Source: a candidate division WWE3 bacterium GW2011_GWC2_44_9 (GTDB taxonomy: Bacteria; Patescibacteriota; WWE3; UBA101185; UBA10185). Taken from it: DNA of 33,761 nt. Shown here piece by piece: positions 1 to 9,236 of this stretch; position 1 is the stretch's first letter, and every line of letters starts with the position of its first letter. The position numbers were made by a program, and so were the translations under genes. Under the pieces are notes generated by a model. That model had not been told where the DNA came from. It was given only the letters and a program-made list of their open reading frames with translations, and searched no databases. The stretch lies in contig LCJU01000004.1 in assembly GCA_000994815.1 (NCBI GenBank), positions 1 through 33,761 of the forward strand. The letters run 5' to 3'.

Positions 1-178
1 TACGGAAGTGCGGGGCAACGCTCGGGTTGTAAGCGCAAAGGTACCGCTTTCCGAGATGTTTGGCTATGCCACAGACATACGGGGTATGACGCAAGGCAGA
101 GGTTCTTTTACTATGGAACCCAGCCATTACGCCGAAGTGCCGGCTAGTGTTTCGGCCCAAATATACAAGAAGTCTTGA
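1..178 (+). CDS. fusA: Elongation factor G, C-terminal end (5' part lies outside the window)
   Basis: The frame starting at nt 2 is open from the window edge. It reads [58 protein letters not shown], the conserved EF-G C-terminus. TGA is at 176-178, directly upstream of tuf as in str operons. It is absent from the ORF track because it is open-ended. Confidence 0.9.
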   Translation, partial: TEVRGNARVVSAKVPLSEMFGYATDIRGMTQGRGSFTMEPSHYAEVPASVSAQIYKKS

Positions 179-243
179 TTTTCTGGCAATAATTTGGTTA
201 ACTATGCAGGCGAACAAGCATAATTTGTTTAGAAAGGAAAAAA

Positions 244-1422
244 ATGGCAGATTTTATTAGAAATAAACCGCACGTAAATGTTGGAACAATGGGTCACGTT
301 GACCATGGTAAAACCACGCTTACCGCGGCAATAACCAAGGTTCTTGCGCAAAAAGGCAGCGCCGAATTTAGAGCATACGATACTATTGATAGCGCTCCAG
401 AGGAAAAAGCCAGGGGTATTACTATCAATATTGCGCATATCGAGTACGAAACCGCAAAGAGACACTACGCCCACATCGACATGCCAGGCCATGCCGATTA
501 CATCAAAAATATGATCACTGGTGCGGCTCAGGTAGATGGGTCCATTCTTGTTGTTTCAGCTCCCGACGGGCCAATGCCGCAAACCAGAGAGCACATTCTT
601 CTGGCCAGGCAGGTTGGCGTTCCAGCTATTGTTGTTTTCTTAAATAAGTGCGACATGGTTACCGACAAAGAAATCTTGGATCTGGTCGAAATGGAAGTTA
701 GAGAGCTCCTTACCAAGTACGGTTTTAAGGGCGACGAAGCACCCGTTATTAAAGGTTCTGCGGCCAAAGCCCTTGAAGGCGATCCAGAAGCAGTTAAAGC
801 AATAGAACAGCTAATGGATGCGGTAGACAGCTATATACCAACACCTATTAGAGAAACAGACAAACCGTTCTTAATGCCAGTGGAGGACGTATTCTCCATT
901 AAAGGCAGAGGCACCGTAGCTACCGGAAGAATAGAGCGAGGCGTTGTTAAAGTAAATGAGGAAATCGAGATCGTTGGCATTAGAGAAACCAAAAAGACTG
1001 TTGTTACCGGCGTGGAAATGTTTAAAAAGACCTTGTCAGAGGGTCAAGCCGGAGACAACGTTGGTATTCTTCTTAGGGGTATTGAGCGTGATGACATTGA
1101 GCGAGGTCAGGTGCTTGCTAAACCCGGGAGCGTTAAACCGCACTACGAGTTTGAGGCAGAGGTGGTTATTCTCTCAAAAGAGGAGGGCGGGAGGCACAAG
1201 GCATTTTTTACCGGTTACCGACCTCAATTCTACTTAAGAACAACCGATGTTACCGGCGATATTACTCTACCGGAAGGTGTCGAAATGGTTATGCCGGGGG
1301 ATACTGCTAAGTTCAAAGTTAAGTTGATTACACCGGTTGCGCTTGAGGAAGGCTTGAGATTTGCTATTAGAGAAGGTGGACACACTGTAGGTGCGGGTGT
1401 TATAACAAAGGTTGTTGCTTAG
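244..1422 (+). CDS. tuf: Elongation factor Tu
   Basis: 392 aa with GTPase motifs [18 protein letters not shown] and NKCD. The purine-rich AGAAAGGAAAAAA sits just upstream of the ATG. Confidence 0.98.
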   Translation: MADFIRNKPHVNVGTMGHVDHGKTTLTAAITKVLAQKGSAEFRAYDTIDSAPEEKARGITINIAHIEYETAKRHYAHIDMPGHADYIKNMITGAAQVDGSILVVSAPDGPMPQTREHILLARQVGVPAIVVFLNKCDMVTDKEILDLVEMEVRELLTKYGFKGDEAPVIKGSAAKALEGDPEAVKAIEQLMDAVDSYIPTPIRETDKPFLMPVEDVFSIKGRGTVATGRIERGVVKVNEEIEIVGIRETKKTVVTGVEMFKKTLSEGQAGDNVGILLRGIERDDIERGQVLAKPGSVKPHYEFEAEVVILSKEEGGRHKAFFTGYRPQFYLRTTDVTGDITLPEGVEMVMPGDTAKFKVKLITPVALEEGLRFAIREGGHTVGAGVITKVVA

Positions 1423-1434
1423 AGCAAAGACATT

Positions 1435-1758
1435 ATGGCCGTAAAGGATAAAAAAGAAAGCAGAATAAAGATTAAGCTTAATGCCTACGACCATAGGATT
1501 ATAGATTTGAGCTGCAGTAAAATTGTAGACGTTGCTGTTAGGACAGGCGCTAGAGCCATTGGCCCGGTGCCTCTACCTACAAGGATCGAGAAGTATACTG
1601 TTATTAGGGGACCTCACATAGATAAGCGATCCAGGGAGCAGTTTGAGATGCGCACGCACAAAAGGTTGCTCGAAGTTGTTTCTCCAACTCCGGCAACAAT
1701 TGATGCACTGTCACATCTTAGTCTTCCGGCTGGGGTGGGGATCAGTATTAAAATTTAG
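1435..1758 (+). CDS. rpsJ: 30S ribosomal protein S10
   Basis: 107 aa; [21 protein letters not shown]...[36 protein letters not shown]. First gene of the S10 operon order. Confidence 0.97.
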   Translation: MAVKDKKESRIKIKLNAYDHRIIDLSCSKIVDVAVRTGARAIGPVPLPTRIEKYTVIRGPHIDKRSREQFEMRTHKRLLEVVSPTPATIDALSHLSLPAGVGISIKI

Positions 1759-1832
1759 CAACGGCACTGTCCAAATAAATGAGAATAACAGAGCAAAATA
1801 CATAAAATGTGACAATTAGTCTGGGGTTGGAT

Positions 1833-1857
1833 AAAGCGCCCAGAGTGGCGCTTTTTT
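1833..1857 (+). terminator. Rho-independent-terminator-like hairpin between rpsJ and rplC
   Basis: AAAGCGCC-cagagt-GGCGCTTT has 5 G:C plus 3 A:U pairs and a 6-nt loop. It runs into a T6 tract (1852-1857) and ends 6 nt before the rplC ATG. Confidence 0.45.
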
Positions 1858-1863
1858 GTGACT

Positions 1864-2298
1864 ATGGAAAAACTAACAGGCAAGAAAATTAATATGACAC
1901 AGCTTTTTCTAGATAGCGGCAAAGTAGTGCCTGTTACCAAAGTGCTTGTCGATTCTGGGTGCCAAGAACTGCTAACCGACGAGCTAATGGGCAAGGCTGT
2001 TGCCGTTTGGGGTTTTTCCAAGGGTAGGGGCTTTGCTGGTGGTATGAAAAGGTATGGTTTCAAGGGTGGCCCGGCAACCAGGGGTCAGTCAACCTTTCCC
2101 CGGCAGGCTGGGTCCATTGGTTCACAAACTCCGGGCAGAGTAAGAAAAGGCAAGCAAATGGCCGGGCATTACGGTAATAAGCGCATAACAGTTAAGGGTT
2201 TGAGGATAGTTGGCCTGCACAAAGAAACCAGGGAGCTTATGGTATCGGGTCCTATTCCCGGCGCAAGAAACAGCAAGGTTAATTTAAGGATTGCATAG
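1864..2298 (+). CDS. rplC: 50S ribosomal protein L3, unusually short form
   Basis: MEKLTGKKINMTQLF...SKGRGFAGGMKRYGFKGGPATRGQS...GSIGSQTPGRVRKGKQMAGHYGNKRITV. The ORF track starts at GTG 1858; ATG 1864 matches the usual L3 N-terminus. Only ~144 aa. Confidence 0.9.
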   Translation: MEKLTGKKINMTQLFLDSGKVVPVTKVLVDSGCQELLTDELMGKAVAVWGFSKGRGFAGGMKRYGFKGGPATRGQSTFPRQAGSIGSQTPGRVRKGKQMAGHYGNKRITVKGLRIVGLHKETRELMVSGPIPGARNSKVNLRIA

Positions 2299-2299
2299 T

Positions 2300-2932
2300 A
2301 TGGTTGCTGTAGTAAGAAAAAAAGAAACTAAAACTGCATTGGTTCGAGTAGAAAGCGGCACAGAGCTAGGTAAAGCATTTACTGCGCCTGCAAACGATGC
2401 ATTGCTATCGCAATATATTAGATATTACAGGTTTAATCAAAGAAGCGGAACGGCAAAAGCAAAAACCAGAGGCGAGGTAGCCGGTTCCGGTAGAAAGCCT
2501 TGGAGGCAAAAGCACACCGGTAGAGCCCGCGTTGGGGATATCAGAAGCCCAGTCTGGCGGCACGGCGGCGTTTCTCATGGCCCGGTGGTTAAAGATTGGT
2601 CGCTTAAACTTACCAAGCAAATGAAGTCAAAAGCCTTTTTACTCGCCGTGTCAAACAAAGTGCAAACCAAAAGTCTTTACAGTTTAGCTACAATTAACTT
2701 AATCGAAGCCAGAACAAAGGAAGCGCTTAATTTGATAAAAGACTGGGGTTTAGAAGGGAACCTGCTATTAGTCACCAATTCTACTAATAAAAACTTAGTG
2801 AAGGCTACAGGTAACCTAAAGACAGTTGCAGTGCGAAGTATTAATAACGTCTGTGCGTATGATATGTTAGCGGCAAAGAATGTTGTAGTCGAAGGACAGG
2901 CTTTAGCAAAGCTGGCAGAGAAATATGCCTAA
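2300..2932 (+). CDS. rplD: 50S ribosomal protein L4
   Basis: GSGRKPWRQKHTGRARVGDIRSPVWRHGGVSHGP motif. ATG 2300 lies just after the rplC stop; the track's TTG 2291 is probably over-extended. Confidence 0.95.
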   Translation: MVAVVRKKETKTALVRVESGTELGKAFTAPANDALLSQYIRYYRFNQRSGTAKAKTRGEVAGSGRKPWRQKHTGRARVGDIRSPVWRHGGVSHGPVVKDWSLKLTKQMKSKAFLLAVSNKVQTKSLYSLATINLIEARTKEALNLIKDWGLEGNLLLVTNSTNKNLVKATGNLKTVAVRSINNVCAYDMLAAKNVVVEGQALAKLAEKYA

Positions 2933-3260
2933 ACTAACTAAAAGCATTTATAACTTAATAACTACGGAAAAGACAACCCGTATCAAGGATGGTCAGAATA
3001 AATATACCTTTCTAACTAATCGGTCGCTGAGTGTTGCCAAGGCAAAAAAAGAGATTGAAGAGGCTTTTAAGGTAGACGTAGAAAATGTGCATGCTATTAT
3101 AATGCCCGGCAGAAAGAAAAGAATAGGCAGAACTAATAACTACACCAGGCTGCCGGCCAGCAAAAAAGTTGTTGTTAAACTAAAAGCCGGCCAAAAGATT
3201 GATATAGCTAAGAAAGTACCAACCGCTTCCGAAAAAAAGGAGGACGCAAAGAATGATTAA
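2925..3260 (+). CDS. rplW: 50S ribosomal protein L23
   Basis: 111 aa; LITTEKT...KYTFLTNRSLSVAKAKKEIEEAFKVDVENV pattern, in the position between L4 and L2. Overlaps both neighbours by 8 nt. Confidence 0.9.
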   Translation: MPKLTKSIYNLITTEKTTRIKDGQNKYTFLTNRSLSVAKAKKEIEEAFKVDVENVHAIIMPGRKKRIGRTNNYTRLPASKKVVVKLKAGQKIDIAKKVPTASEKKEDAKND

Positions 3261-4083
3261 AACCTATCGACCTACAAGTGAAGGCATGCGAACACGCAGG
3301 ACCTTAGTACGGGAGGTTTCCCATACTAGGCCACCCAAACAGTTAATTCGGCCGTTAAAATCTGCACATGGCCGCAACAACGGCAAGATTTCCTCTAGGC
3401 ATAGAGAAGTCGGCCACAAAAAATATTACAGACTAATTGACTTCAAAAGGGATAAGTTTGAAATCCCGGCCGTGGTTGCATCAATCGATTATGATCCCAA
3501 CAGAGGTCCAAACATCGCCTTGGTAGTGTATAAAGATGGGGAAAAAAGGTACATTCTTGCTGCGGACGCGCTTAAGGTTGGGGATGCAGTTATCTCAACA
3601 AAAAGTGCTGTTGAGATTTTGCCCGGCAATTGCACGTGTTTAAAGCATATGCCTTTGGGCACCCAGGTACACAATGTTGAACTTAATATCAATGCCGGCG
3701 GGCAAATAATTAGGGGTGCAGGTAATTATGGTGTTATAATGGCAAAAGAAGGGGACTTTGTTAACGTAAAACTGCCAAGCGGCGAGGTTAAAAAGATTGC
3801 CCAGGATTGTTTAGCTACTGTTGGAGTGCTCTCCAACATAGACATCAGGCATACACGGCTTGGCAAGGCCGGTATAGCAAGACACTTAGGCATTAGGCCG
3901 CATATTAGGGGTGTTGCCATATCTAATCCTTCAGACCATCCTCATGCCGGTTCTTACAGAGATAAAGGCATAGGTCGATCATCGCCCAGATCGCCGTGGG
4001 GTTGGAAGACTAGGGGCAAAAAGACCAGAAGTAGAAAAGCGGGGTTAAAATACTTGGTTAGCCCAAGAAAGGGTATAAGTTAA
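3253..4083 (+). CDS. rplB: 50S ribosomal protein L2
   Basis: 276 aa; [25 protein letters not shown] and [10 protein letters not shown] motifs. Confidence 0.97.
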   Translation: MIKTYRPTSEGMRTRRTLVREVSHTRPPKQLIRPLKSAHGRNNGKISSRHREVGHKKYYRLIDFKRDKFEIPAVVASIDYDPNRGPNIALVVYKDGEKRYILAADALKVGDAVISTKSAVEILPGNCTCLKHMPLGTQVHNVELNINAGGQIIRGAGNYGVIMAKEGDFVNVKLPSGEVKKIAQDCLATVGVLSNIDIRHTRLGKAGIARHLGIRPHIRGVAISNPSDHPHAGSYRDKGIGRSSPRSPWGWKTRGKKTRSRKAGLKYLVSPRKGIS

Positions 4084-4087
4084 GAAA

Positions 4088-4390
4088 ATGACCAGATCAC
4101 TAAAAAAAGGTCCATACGTGGATGCAAAACTGTTAATAAAAGTAAAAGCCCAGCAGGGCTCCGGCGTGAAAAAGTCTATTAAAACATGGGCAAGAAGATC
4201 AACTATTTCACCCGAAATGGTAGGGCTAACATTTGACGTTCACAACGGCAAAGACTTTCTGCCGGTGTATGTGACAGAGGCAATGGTTGGTCACAAGTTA
4301 GGCGAGTTTGCTTTTACCCGGAGATTCTTTGGTCATTCATCTAGGAAAGGAAAGGAGCCAGGACCAAGCGATGCCGCAAAGCAAGTCTAA
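4088..4390 (+). CDS. rpsS: 30S ribosomal protein S19
   Basis: SLKKGPYVD...[28 protein letters not shown]. Confidence 0.97.
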   Translation: MTRSLKKGPYVDAKLLIKVKAQQGSGVKKSIKTWARRSTISPEMVGLTFDVHNGKDFLPVYVTEAMVGHKLGEFAFTRRFFGHSSRKGKEPGPSDAAKQV

Positions 4391-4739
4391 AGCTATATAC
4401 AAATATGCCCGCATCTCGCCCAAAAAGGTTATGCCGGTGTTAAACGCGGTTAGAGGCAGAAGAGTTTTTGATGCGGTTAACTTTTTAACCTTTGACAAAA
4501 CAAAAGCGGCAAAGATGCTCTTAAAGACTTTGAATTCCGCTCTAGCCAATGCCAGGCAGGCTGGTGTTGAGGAAAAAGGCTTGATTGTGCAAAAGGCAGC
4601 GGCTGATCCGGCCCCCACTTTTAAACGCGGCCGGCCTAATTCCAGGTCCAATTATTCCAAGATTTTAAAAAGGAATGCGCATCTTACCATTGTTCTGGCT
4701 GATACAGTTGTTCCGGCTGAAACTAAGGAGGGTAATTAG
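4371..4739 (+). CDS. rplV: 50S ribosomal protein L22
   Basis: [44 protein letters not shown] 4371 is preceded by AGGAAAGGAAAGGAG. The track start at 4308 lies inside rpsS and is rejected. Confidence 0.93.
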   Translation: MPQSKSKAIYKYARISPKKVMPVLNAVRGRRVFDAVNFLTFDKTKAAKMLLKTLNSALANARQAGVEEKGLIVQKAAADPAPTFKRGRPNSRSNYSKILKRNAHLTIVLADTVVPAETKEGN

Positions 4740-5372
4740 ATGGGTCATAAAATTAACCCTAACGGTTTTAGAATAGGCATTTCAAAAGATTGGAGTTCTA
4801 GGTGGTATCTAGACAAAAAGTCTGTCGCACCGGCTATTTTGGCAGACAGAAAAATCCGTAAGTTTTTAACCGGCAAGTTCGAGCAGGCCGGTCTCAGGAG
4901 CATCGAAATCGAAAGATCTTTAAACGAGGTAGCCATTTTTGTTAAAGTGTCCAGGCCGGGTGTGGTTATCGGCAGGGGTGGGGCGGGCGCCGAAGAGGTA
5001 AAAGAGCAGTTAAAAAAGATTGTGCAAGGTAAGTTAAGCCTTACGGTAGAGGAAGTAAAAAATGCGGAAACAGATGCCCAGCTTGTGGCTGACTATATCA
5101 GCAGGCAGCTCAAAAGAAGAATGCCTTACAGAAGGATTATGGTTTCAGCAATAAATTCAGCCATGGAGCGTGGAGTTAAGGGGATCAAAATTAAGCTTGC
5201 CGGCCTTTTAGGTGGCGGCAACTCTATTTCCAGAACAGAAACATTGGCGCAAGGTTCTATTCCTGCTCAAACATTACGAGCTGATATAGATTTTTCAAAA
5301 GTGGACTGCCAAATGCTTTTTGGCACTATTGGCATAAAAGTATGGATTTATAAGGGTTTGAAAGAAATCTAA
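4740..5372 (+). CDS. rpsC: 30S ribosomal protein S3
   Basis: MGHKINPNGFRIGISKDWSSRWY..., with a KH-type GRGGAG segment; 210 aa. Confidence 0.97.
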   Translation: MGHKINPNGFRIGISKDWSSRWYLDKKSVAPAILADRKIRKFLTGKFEQAGLRSIEIERSLNEVAIFVKVSRPGVVIGRGGAGAEEVKEQLKKIVQGKLSLTVEEVKNAETDAQLVADYISRQLKRRMPYRRIMVSAINSAMERGVKGIKIKLAGLLGGGNSISRTETLAQGSIPAQTLRADIDFSKVDCQMLFGTIGIKVWIYKGLKEI

Positions 5373-5374
5373 CT

Positions 5375-5806
5375 ATGTTATTACCTAAAAAAGTGAAGTA
5401 TAGAAGGCAAATGAGGGGCAACAACAAGGGCTTGGCCCAACGCGGAGCAGTTATTGCTTTTGGTGATTACGCGCTTAAAGCTGTGGACAGGGGACTTTTA
5501 ACCTCCCGACAAATTGAAGCAGCCAGAAAAGCTGTCTCACACATTACCAAAAGAGGCGGTAAGCTGTGGATTAGGGTTTTTCCCGACAAGCCAATTGCCA
5601 AAAAGCCAAACGAAACTAGAATGGGCAGTGGCAAGTCGCCTACCGACCATTATGCTTGCATTATCAAACCGGGCAGAATCATTTTTGAGATTGCCGGCAC
5701 TTCACAAAGTATCGCGTACGAGGCTTTAGACAGGGCAAGTAGAAAATTTCCTATCCGAACTAAATTTATAGCCGAGGATACCACGCAAGAGAAAGGTGTA
5801 CTATGA
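5375..5806 (+). CDS. rplP: 50S ribosomal protein L16
   Basis: MLLPKKVKYRRQMRGNNKG...RQIEAARKA...GGKLWIRVFPDKP; 143 aa. Confidence 0.97.
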   Translation: MLLPKKVKYRRQMRGNNKGLAQRGAVIAFGDYALKAVDRGLLTSRQIEAARKAVSHITKRGGKLWIRVFPDKPIAKKPNETRMGSGKSPTDHYACIIKPGRIIFEIAGTSQSIAYEALDRASRKFPIRTKFIAEDTTQEKGVL

Positions 5807-6036
5807 CCACCAGCAAGTTAGTTGCAAAAGTAATTTCTACTAAAATGACCAAAACGGTTGTGGTAGCGGTGGAAACTCCCAAGAGGCATCCCCTATACGG
5901 CAAGTTTTCACGCAACACTAAAAAACTAAAAGCACACACAGATATCCAGCTTGTTGCAGGGGATATGGTTGAGATAACAAGCTCCAAACCATTTGGTAAG
6001 ACCGTTTATTTTAGGGTTGTTAGAAAGGTTAATTAA
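5803..6036 (+). CDS. rpsQ: 30S ribosomal protein S17
   Basis: KVISTKMTKTVVVAVETPKRHPLYGKF; 77 aa. ATGA overlap with the rplP stop. Confidence 0.95.
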   Translation: MTTSKLVAKVISTKMTKTVVVAVETPKRHPLYGKFSRNTKKLKAHTDIQLVAGDMVEITSSKPFGKTVYFRVVRKVN

Positions 6037-6040
6037 GAAC

Positions 6041-6409
6041 ATGCTTCAACGAGGTACAGTATTTTCTGTTGCAGACAATAGCGGGGCCAGAGTCTTTAAG
6101 CTTATCGGTATACCCGGCAAGTCAAAGATGCGGTTTGTGTCAATTGGCGATGTTGTCAGCGTTGCTATTAACGGCGCAAGCTCCACCGGCTTTGTTAAGG
6201 ATCACTCCGTTGTAAAAGTGTTGATAGTTAGAACACGTAAAGAGGTAAGAAGAAAAGATGGCAGCTATGTCCGGTTTGACGATAACGCCGGTGTTGTAAT
6301 CAACGACGATGGTGATATGGTAGCCACCAGGGTTTTTGGGCCTGTAGCCAGAGAGATTAGGGACCTTGGCTATCTAAAAGTTGCTTCTTTGGCAAAAGAA
6401 GTTTGGTAA
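6041..6409 (+). CDS. rplN: 50S ribosomal protein L14
   Basis: MLQRGTVFSVADNSGARVFKLIG... from ATG 6041. The track start at 5993 lies inside rpsQ. Confidence 0.96.
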   Translation: MLQRGTVFSVADNSGARVFKLIGIPGKSKMRFVSIGDVVSVAINGASSTGFVKDHSVVKVLIVRTRKEVRRKDGSYVRFDDNAGVVINDDGDMVATRVFGPVAREIRDLGYLKVASLAKEVW

Positions 6410-6414
6410 AGCCT

Positions 6415-6726
6415 ATGAAAATACGTAAAAATGACAAAGTAAAAATACTAACCGGAAAAGATGCCGGTAAAGAGGGCAAAGTATTGGCGATTCTAACTGA
6501 TACTAACAAAGTTGTCGTAAGTGGCATTGGTGTGGTAAAAAGACATGTCAAACCCGGAGCTGTTTCTAAAGAGGGCGGCATTATAAAAATTGAAAAGCCA
6601 ATAGCTGTAAGCAATGTAATGTTGGTGTGCGAAAAGTGCAATAAACCTACCAGAGTAGCCTTTTCTGAAGTGGGTGACAAAAAATTCCGTGTTTGCAAAA
6701 AGTGCGGGGAAGTATTTGCAAAATGA
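6415..6726 (+). CDS. rplX: 50S ribosomal protein L24 (Cys4 form)
   Basis: KOW motif MKIRKNDKVKILTGKDAGKEGKVL. The C-terminal part carries CEKC...CKKC. Confidence 0.93.
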   Translation: MKIRKNDKVKILTGKDAGKEGKVLAILTDTNKVVVSGIGVVKRHVKPGAVSKEGGIIKIEKPIAVSNVMLVCEKCNKPTRVAFSEVGDKKFRVCKKCGEVFAK

Positions 6727-7265
6727 TGAGTATGCTAGAAAAGTATAAAACTAAAGTCATCCCGGAACTTGTCAAGGACCTAAAGCTTGATAATGTAATG
6801 CAGGTTCCAAAGGTAAACAAAGTGGTTGTTAATGCCGGTGTTGGCGGTTTTAGGGAAGCGCGTGAGGCTTTGGAAGCCTTTACTGCCGAACTTTCGGTCC
6901 TAACAGGTCAAAAGCCCACCGCTTGCAAGGCCAGGCTAAGCGAGGCCGGTTTTAAAATCAGAAAGGGCGACACGGTAGGCTATGCTGTTACCTTGAGAGG
7001 TCAGATTATGTGGAGCTTCTTGGAGAAGTTAGTTACCGTTGTCCTGCCTAGAACAAGGGGTTTTTGGGGCCTGGATCCAAAGTCTTTTGACGGTTCTGGC
7101 AATTATTCACTGGGTATTAGGGAGCATACTGTGTTTCCGGAAGTGAATCCAAATGCGGTAAAAGGTATTAGATCATTGCAAATTAGCGTAAACACCTCAA
7201 CAAGGAGTGACAAGGAGGCTCTGCATTTGCTAAAATCGCTGGGCTTTCCCTTTAAAAAGGACTAA
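6723..7265 (+). CDS. rplE: 50S ribosomal protein L5
   Basis: [37 protein letters not shown]. In-frame ATGs at 6723, 6726 and 6732 cannot be distinguished by eye. Confidence 0.93.
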   Translation: MMSMLEKYKTKVIPELVKDLKLDNVMQVPKVNKVVVNAGVGGFREAREALEAFTAELSVLTGQKPTACKARLSEAGFKIRKGDTVGYAVTLRGQIMWSFLEKLVTVVLPRTRGFWGLDPKSFDGSGNYSLGIREHTVFPEVNPNAVKGIRSLQISVNTSTRSDKEALHLLKSLGFPFKKD

Positions 7266-7267
7266 CT

Positions 7268-7453
7268 ATGGCTAGAAAATCGTGGCTTGAAAGAATGAAA
7301 AGAGAACCTAAGTTTCCGGTTAGAAAGTACAACCGGTGCGGCTTGTGCGGCAAGCCAAGAGCTTACATGCGCAAGTATGGCGTTTGCAGAATCTGTTTTA
7401 GGGAGCTTAGCCACAAGGGCGAGATTCCCGGAATGCGAAAGAGCAGTTGGTAA
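7268..7453 (+). CDS. rpsN: 30S ribosomal protein S14, short zinc-binding (type Z) form
   Basis: 61 aa; [20 protein letters not shown] Cys4 motif and C-terminal KSSW. Confidence 0.95.
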   Translation: MARKSWLERMKREPKFPVRKYNRCGLCGKPRAYMRKYGVCRICFRELSHKGEIPGMRKSSW

Positions 7454-7454
7454 T

Positions 7455-7862
7455 ATGAGTCTAGATACAATAGCAAACATGTTAAGCGCTTTAAAAAATG
7501 CCAGTATGGCAAGTGCAGGTAGTATTGAGCTGCCCTATTTTAGGCAGGGTAAGGAGATTTTGGAAGTGTTTAAGCAAAGGGGCTTGGTTAATGAGCTAAA
7601 AGTATTTAAGCCCGAAGGTAAAGATTATAAATATATGCATGTCGACTTGGCAACAGGAGCAGATGGGGCCAGAAGAATTCTTGAGACCCGGCGAATTTCA
7701 AAACCTGGCAACAGGGTGTGCAGACCTTACGCAAAATTGGCAAAAGTTAAGGCCGGTCTAGGAGTTGTGGTTGTGTCCACATCCAGAGGAGTTATGGCCG
7801 GCGAGGAAGCTAGGAAAAAAAAGCTTGGCGGAGAAGTGCTTTGCAGCTGTTTTTTTAAATAA
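7455..7862 (+). CDS. rpsH: 30S ribosomal protein S8
   Basis: MSLDTIANMLSALKNASMA... from ATG 7455. The track start at 7377 lies inside rpsN. Confidence 0.95.
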   Translation: MSLDTIANMLSALKNASMASAGSIELPYFRQGKEILEVFKQRGLVNELKVFKPEGKDYKYMHVDLATGADGARRILETRRISKPGNRVCRPYAKLAKVKAGLGVVVVSTSRGVMAGEEARKKKLGGEVLCSCFFK

Positions 7863-7872
7863 AGGAAAAGCT

Positions 7873-8424
7873 ATGTCAAGAATAGGCAATAGAAAACTTA
7901 CTATACCAACCGATGTAACACTGGGCGTCCTAGATCAAAGCGTGACTATTAAAGGTAAAAAAGGCGAACTTATAGTGAAACTGCCAAGGAGTGTTGCCGT
8001 TAAGCTTGGCGATGGGTTTGTAGAGACTGTTTGTCCTAAGGGTGTGGACGAAAAAATAGCCTCGCCGTTTTTGGGTTTGGCAAACTCGTTAATCAATAAC
8101 GGCATCCAAGGGGTGACTACCGGATTTACCAAGAAACTGGAATTGGTTGGGGTTGGCTATCGAGCTAAAAAAACCGACAAAGGTATATCTATGACCTTGG
8201 GTTTCTCTCATCCGGTAGACTTTGATGCTCCGGTCGGTATTACAATAGACGTGGAAGAAAACACCAAAGTAACAGTTTCAGGCATTGACAAGCAGCTTGT
8301 GGGTTTAACTTCAGCTAAACTTAGGAAAATAAAGAAACCCGAGCCTTACAAGGGCAAGGGTATCAGATACTTAGGTGAGGCCGTTAGGAGAAAGCCCGGT
8401 AAAGCCGGAAAGGTGCAAAAATGA
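7873..8424 (+). CDS. rplF: 50S ribosomal protein L6
   Basis: MSRIGNRKLTIPTDV...EPYKGKGIRYLGE. AAAGGAAAAG lies upstream of ATG 7873. Confidence 0.95.
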   Translation: MSRIGNRKLTIPTDVTLGVLDQSVTIKGKKGELIVKLPRSVAVKLGDGFVETVCPKGVDEKIASPFLGLANSLINNGIQGVTTGFTKKLELVGVGYRAKKTDKGISMTLGFSHPVDFDAPVGITIDVEENTKVTVSGIDKQLVGLTSAKLRKIKKPEPYKGKGIRYLGEAVRRKPGKAGKVQK

Positions 8425-8783
8425 TCTCAAAAGTAGTACATAGAAAAAACAAGAGGGAACGGAGACGGTTCAGGATTAGAGGTAAGGTGGTTGGAGACAG
8501 CCAAAAGCCAAGGCTTTCGGTTTTTAGATCTAACAGATATATTTACGGCCAAGTCATAGACGACACTGCGGGCAAAACTTTGGTGGACGTGTCTGCGTTA
8601 GTTAAAGGTACCCACAAGGGTGTTTCCAAGCTTGCCGCTGCCAAAAAATGCGGCGAGGAGTTAGGTAAACTCACTATCAAGGCCGGAATAACCAAGATTG
8701 GTTTTGACCGAGGCGGCTACAAGTATACGGGCAGGGTAAAAGGTTTTGCCGACGGAGTAAGGTCCGCGGGCGTAAAGTTCTAA
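8421..8783 (+). CDS. rplR: 50S ribosomal protein L18
   Basis: RLSVFRSNRYIYGQVIDDTAGKTL...GFDRGGYKYTGRVKGFADGVRSAGVKF. Confidence 0.96.
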   Translation: MISKVVHRKNKRERRRFRIRGKVVGDSQKPRLSVFRSNRYIYGQVIDDTAGKTLVDVSALVKGTHKGVSKLAAAKKCGEELGKLTIKAGITKIGFDRGGYKYTGRVKGFADGVRSAGVKF

Positions 8784-8788
8784 AAAAT

Positions 8789-9235
8789 ATGATCAGATCA
8801 CAAGACTCTTTTGAAGAAAAGATAATAGAAATAAAGCGAGTGTCCAAAAAAACCAAGGGTGGCAATAAAATTGGTTTCACCGCCTTAGCGATTGTTGGGG
8901 ATAAGGCTGGAAAAGTGGGGACGGGTACCGGTAAAGCTTTAGATGTGACCTCCGCAATTGCCAAAGCGCTAAATAGGGCCCGCAGGGAAATTGTTACTAT
9001 TACTGTTAGCGACAACACCATACCCCACGAGGTAGTCGAAAAGTTTAAGTCATCCAGCATCAAGCTTATGCCAGCGCCCAGGGGCTCTGGAATTATCGCT
9101 GGAGGTGCTGTGCGCGACGTTTTAGCCCTTTGCGGCATAAAGGATGTTTCCGCGAAAATGCTTGGGTCAAACAATAAAAAAGGCGCCGTTGTGTGCACAA
9201 TTAATGCCCTCAAAAGATTGGAAAAAAGAGGTTAA
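8789..9235 (+). CDS. rpsE: 30S ribosomal protein S5
   Basis: IIEIKRVSKKTKGGNKIGFTALAIVGD...PAPRGSGIIAGGAVR. Confidence 0.96.
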   Translation: MIRSQDSFEEKIIEIKRVSKKTKGGNKIGFTALAIVGDKAGKVGTGTGKALDVTSAIAKALNRARREIVTITVSDNTIPHEVVEKFKSSSIKLMPAPRGSGIIAGGAVRDVLALCGIKDVSAKMLGSNNKKGAVVCTINALKRLEKRG

Positions 9236-9236
9236 T

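Noticed and set aside
4308-4370. N-terminally extended starts offered by the ORF track for rplV, and likewise for rplN (5993), rpsH (7377), rplF (7765), rplO (9144), rpsM (12927), infA (12561) and prfB (22537)
   Set aside because: The extensions run through the preceding gene in another frame and add non-conserved residues. Internal ATGs reproduce the canonical family N-termini and often have an SD.
8677-9213. 178-aa minus-strand ORF. Similar long antisense ORFs occur at 229-492, 6357-6698, 12297-12954, 25562-25951 and 26128-26634.
   Set aside because: All of them lie entirely antisense to strongly conserved genes (rplR/rpsE, tuf, rplN/rplX, map/infA, secD). They have low-complexity, Ser/Pro/Leu-rich translations and no start context, so they are shadow ORFs.
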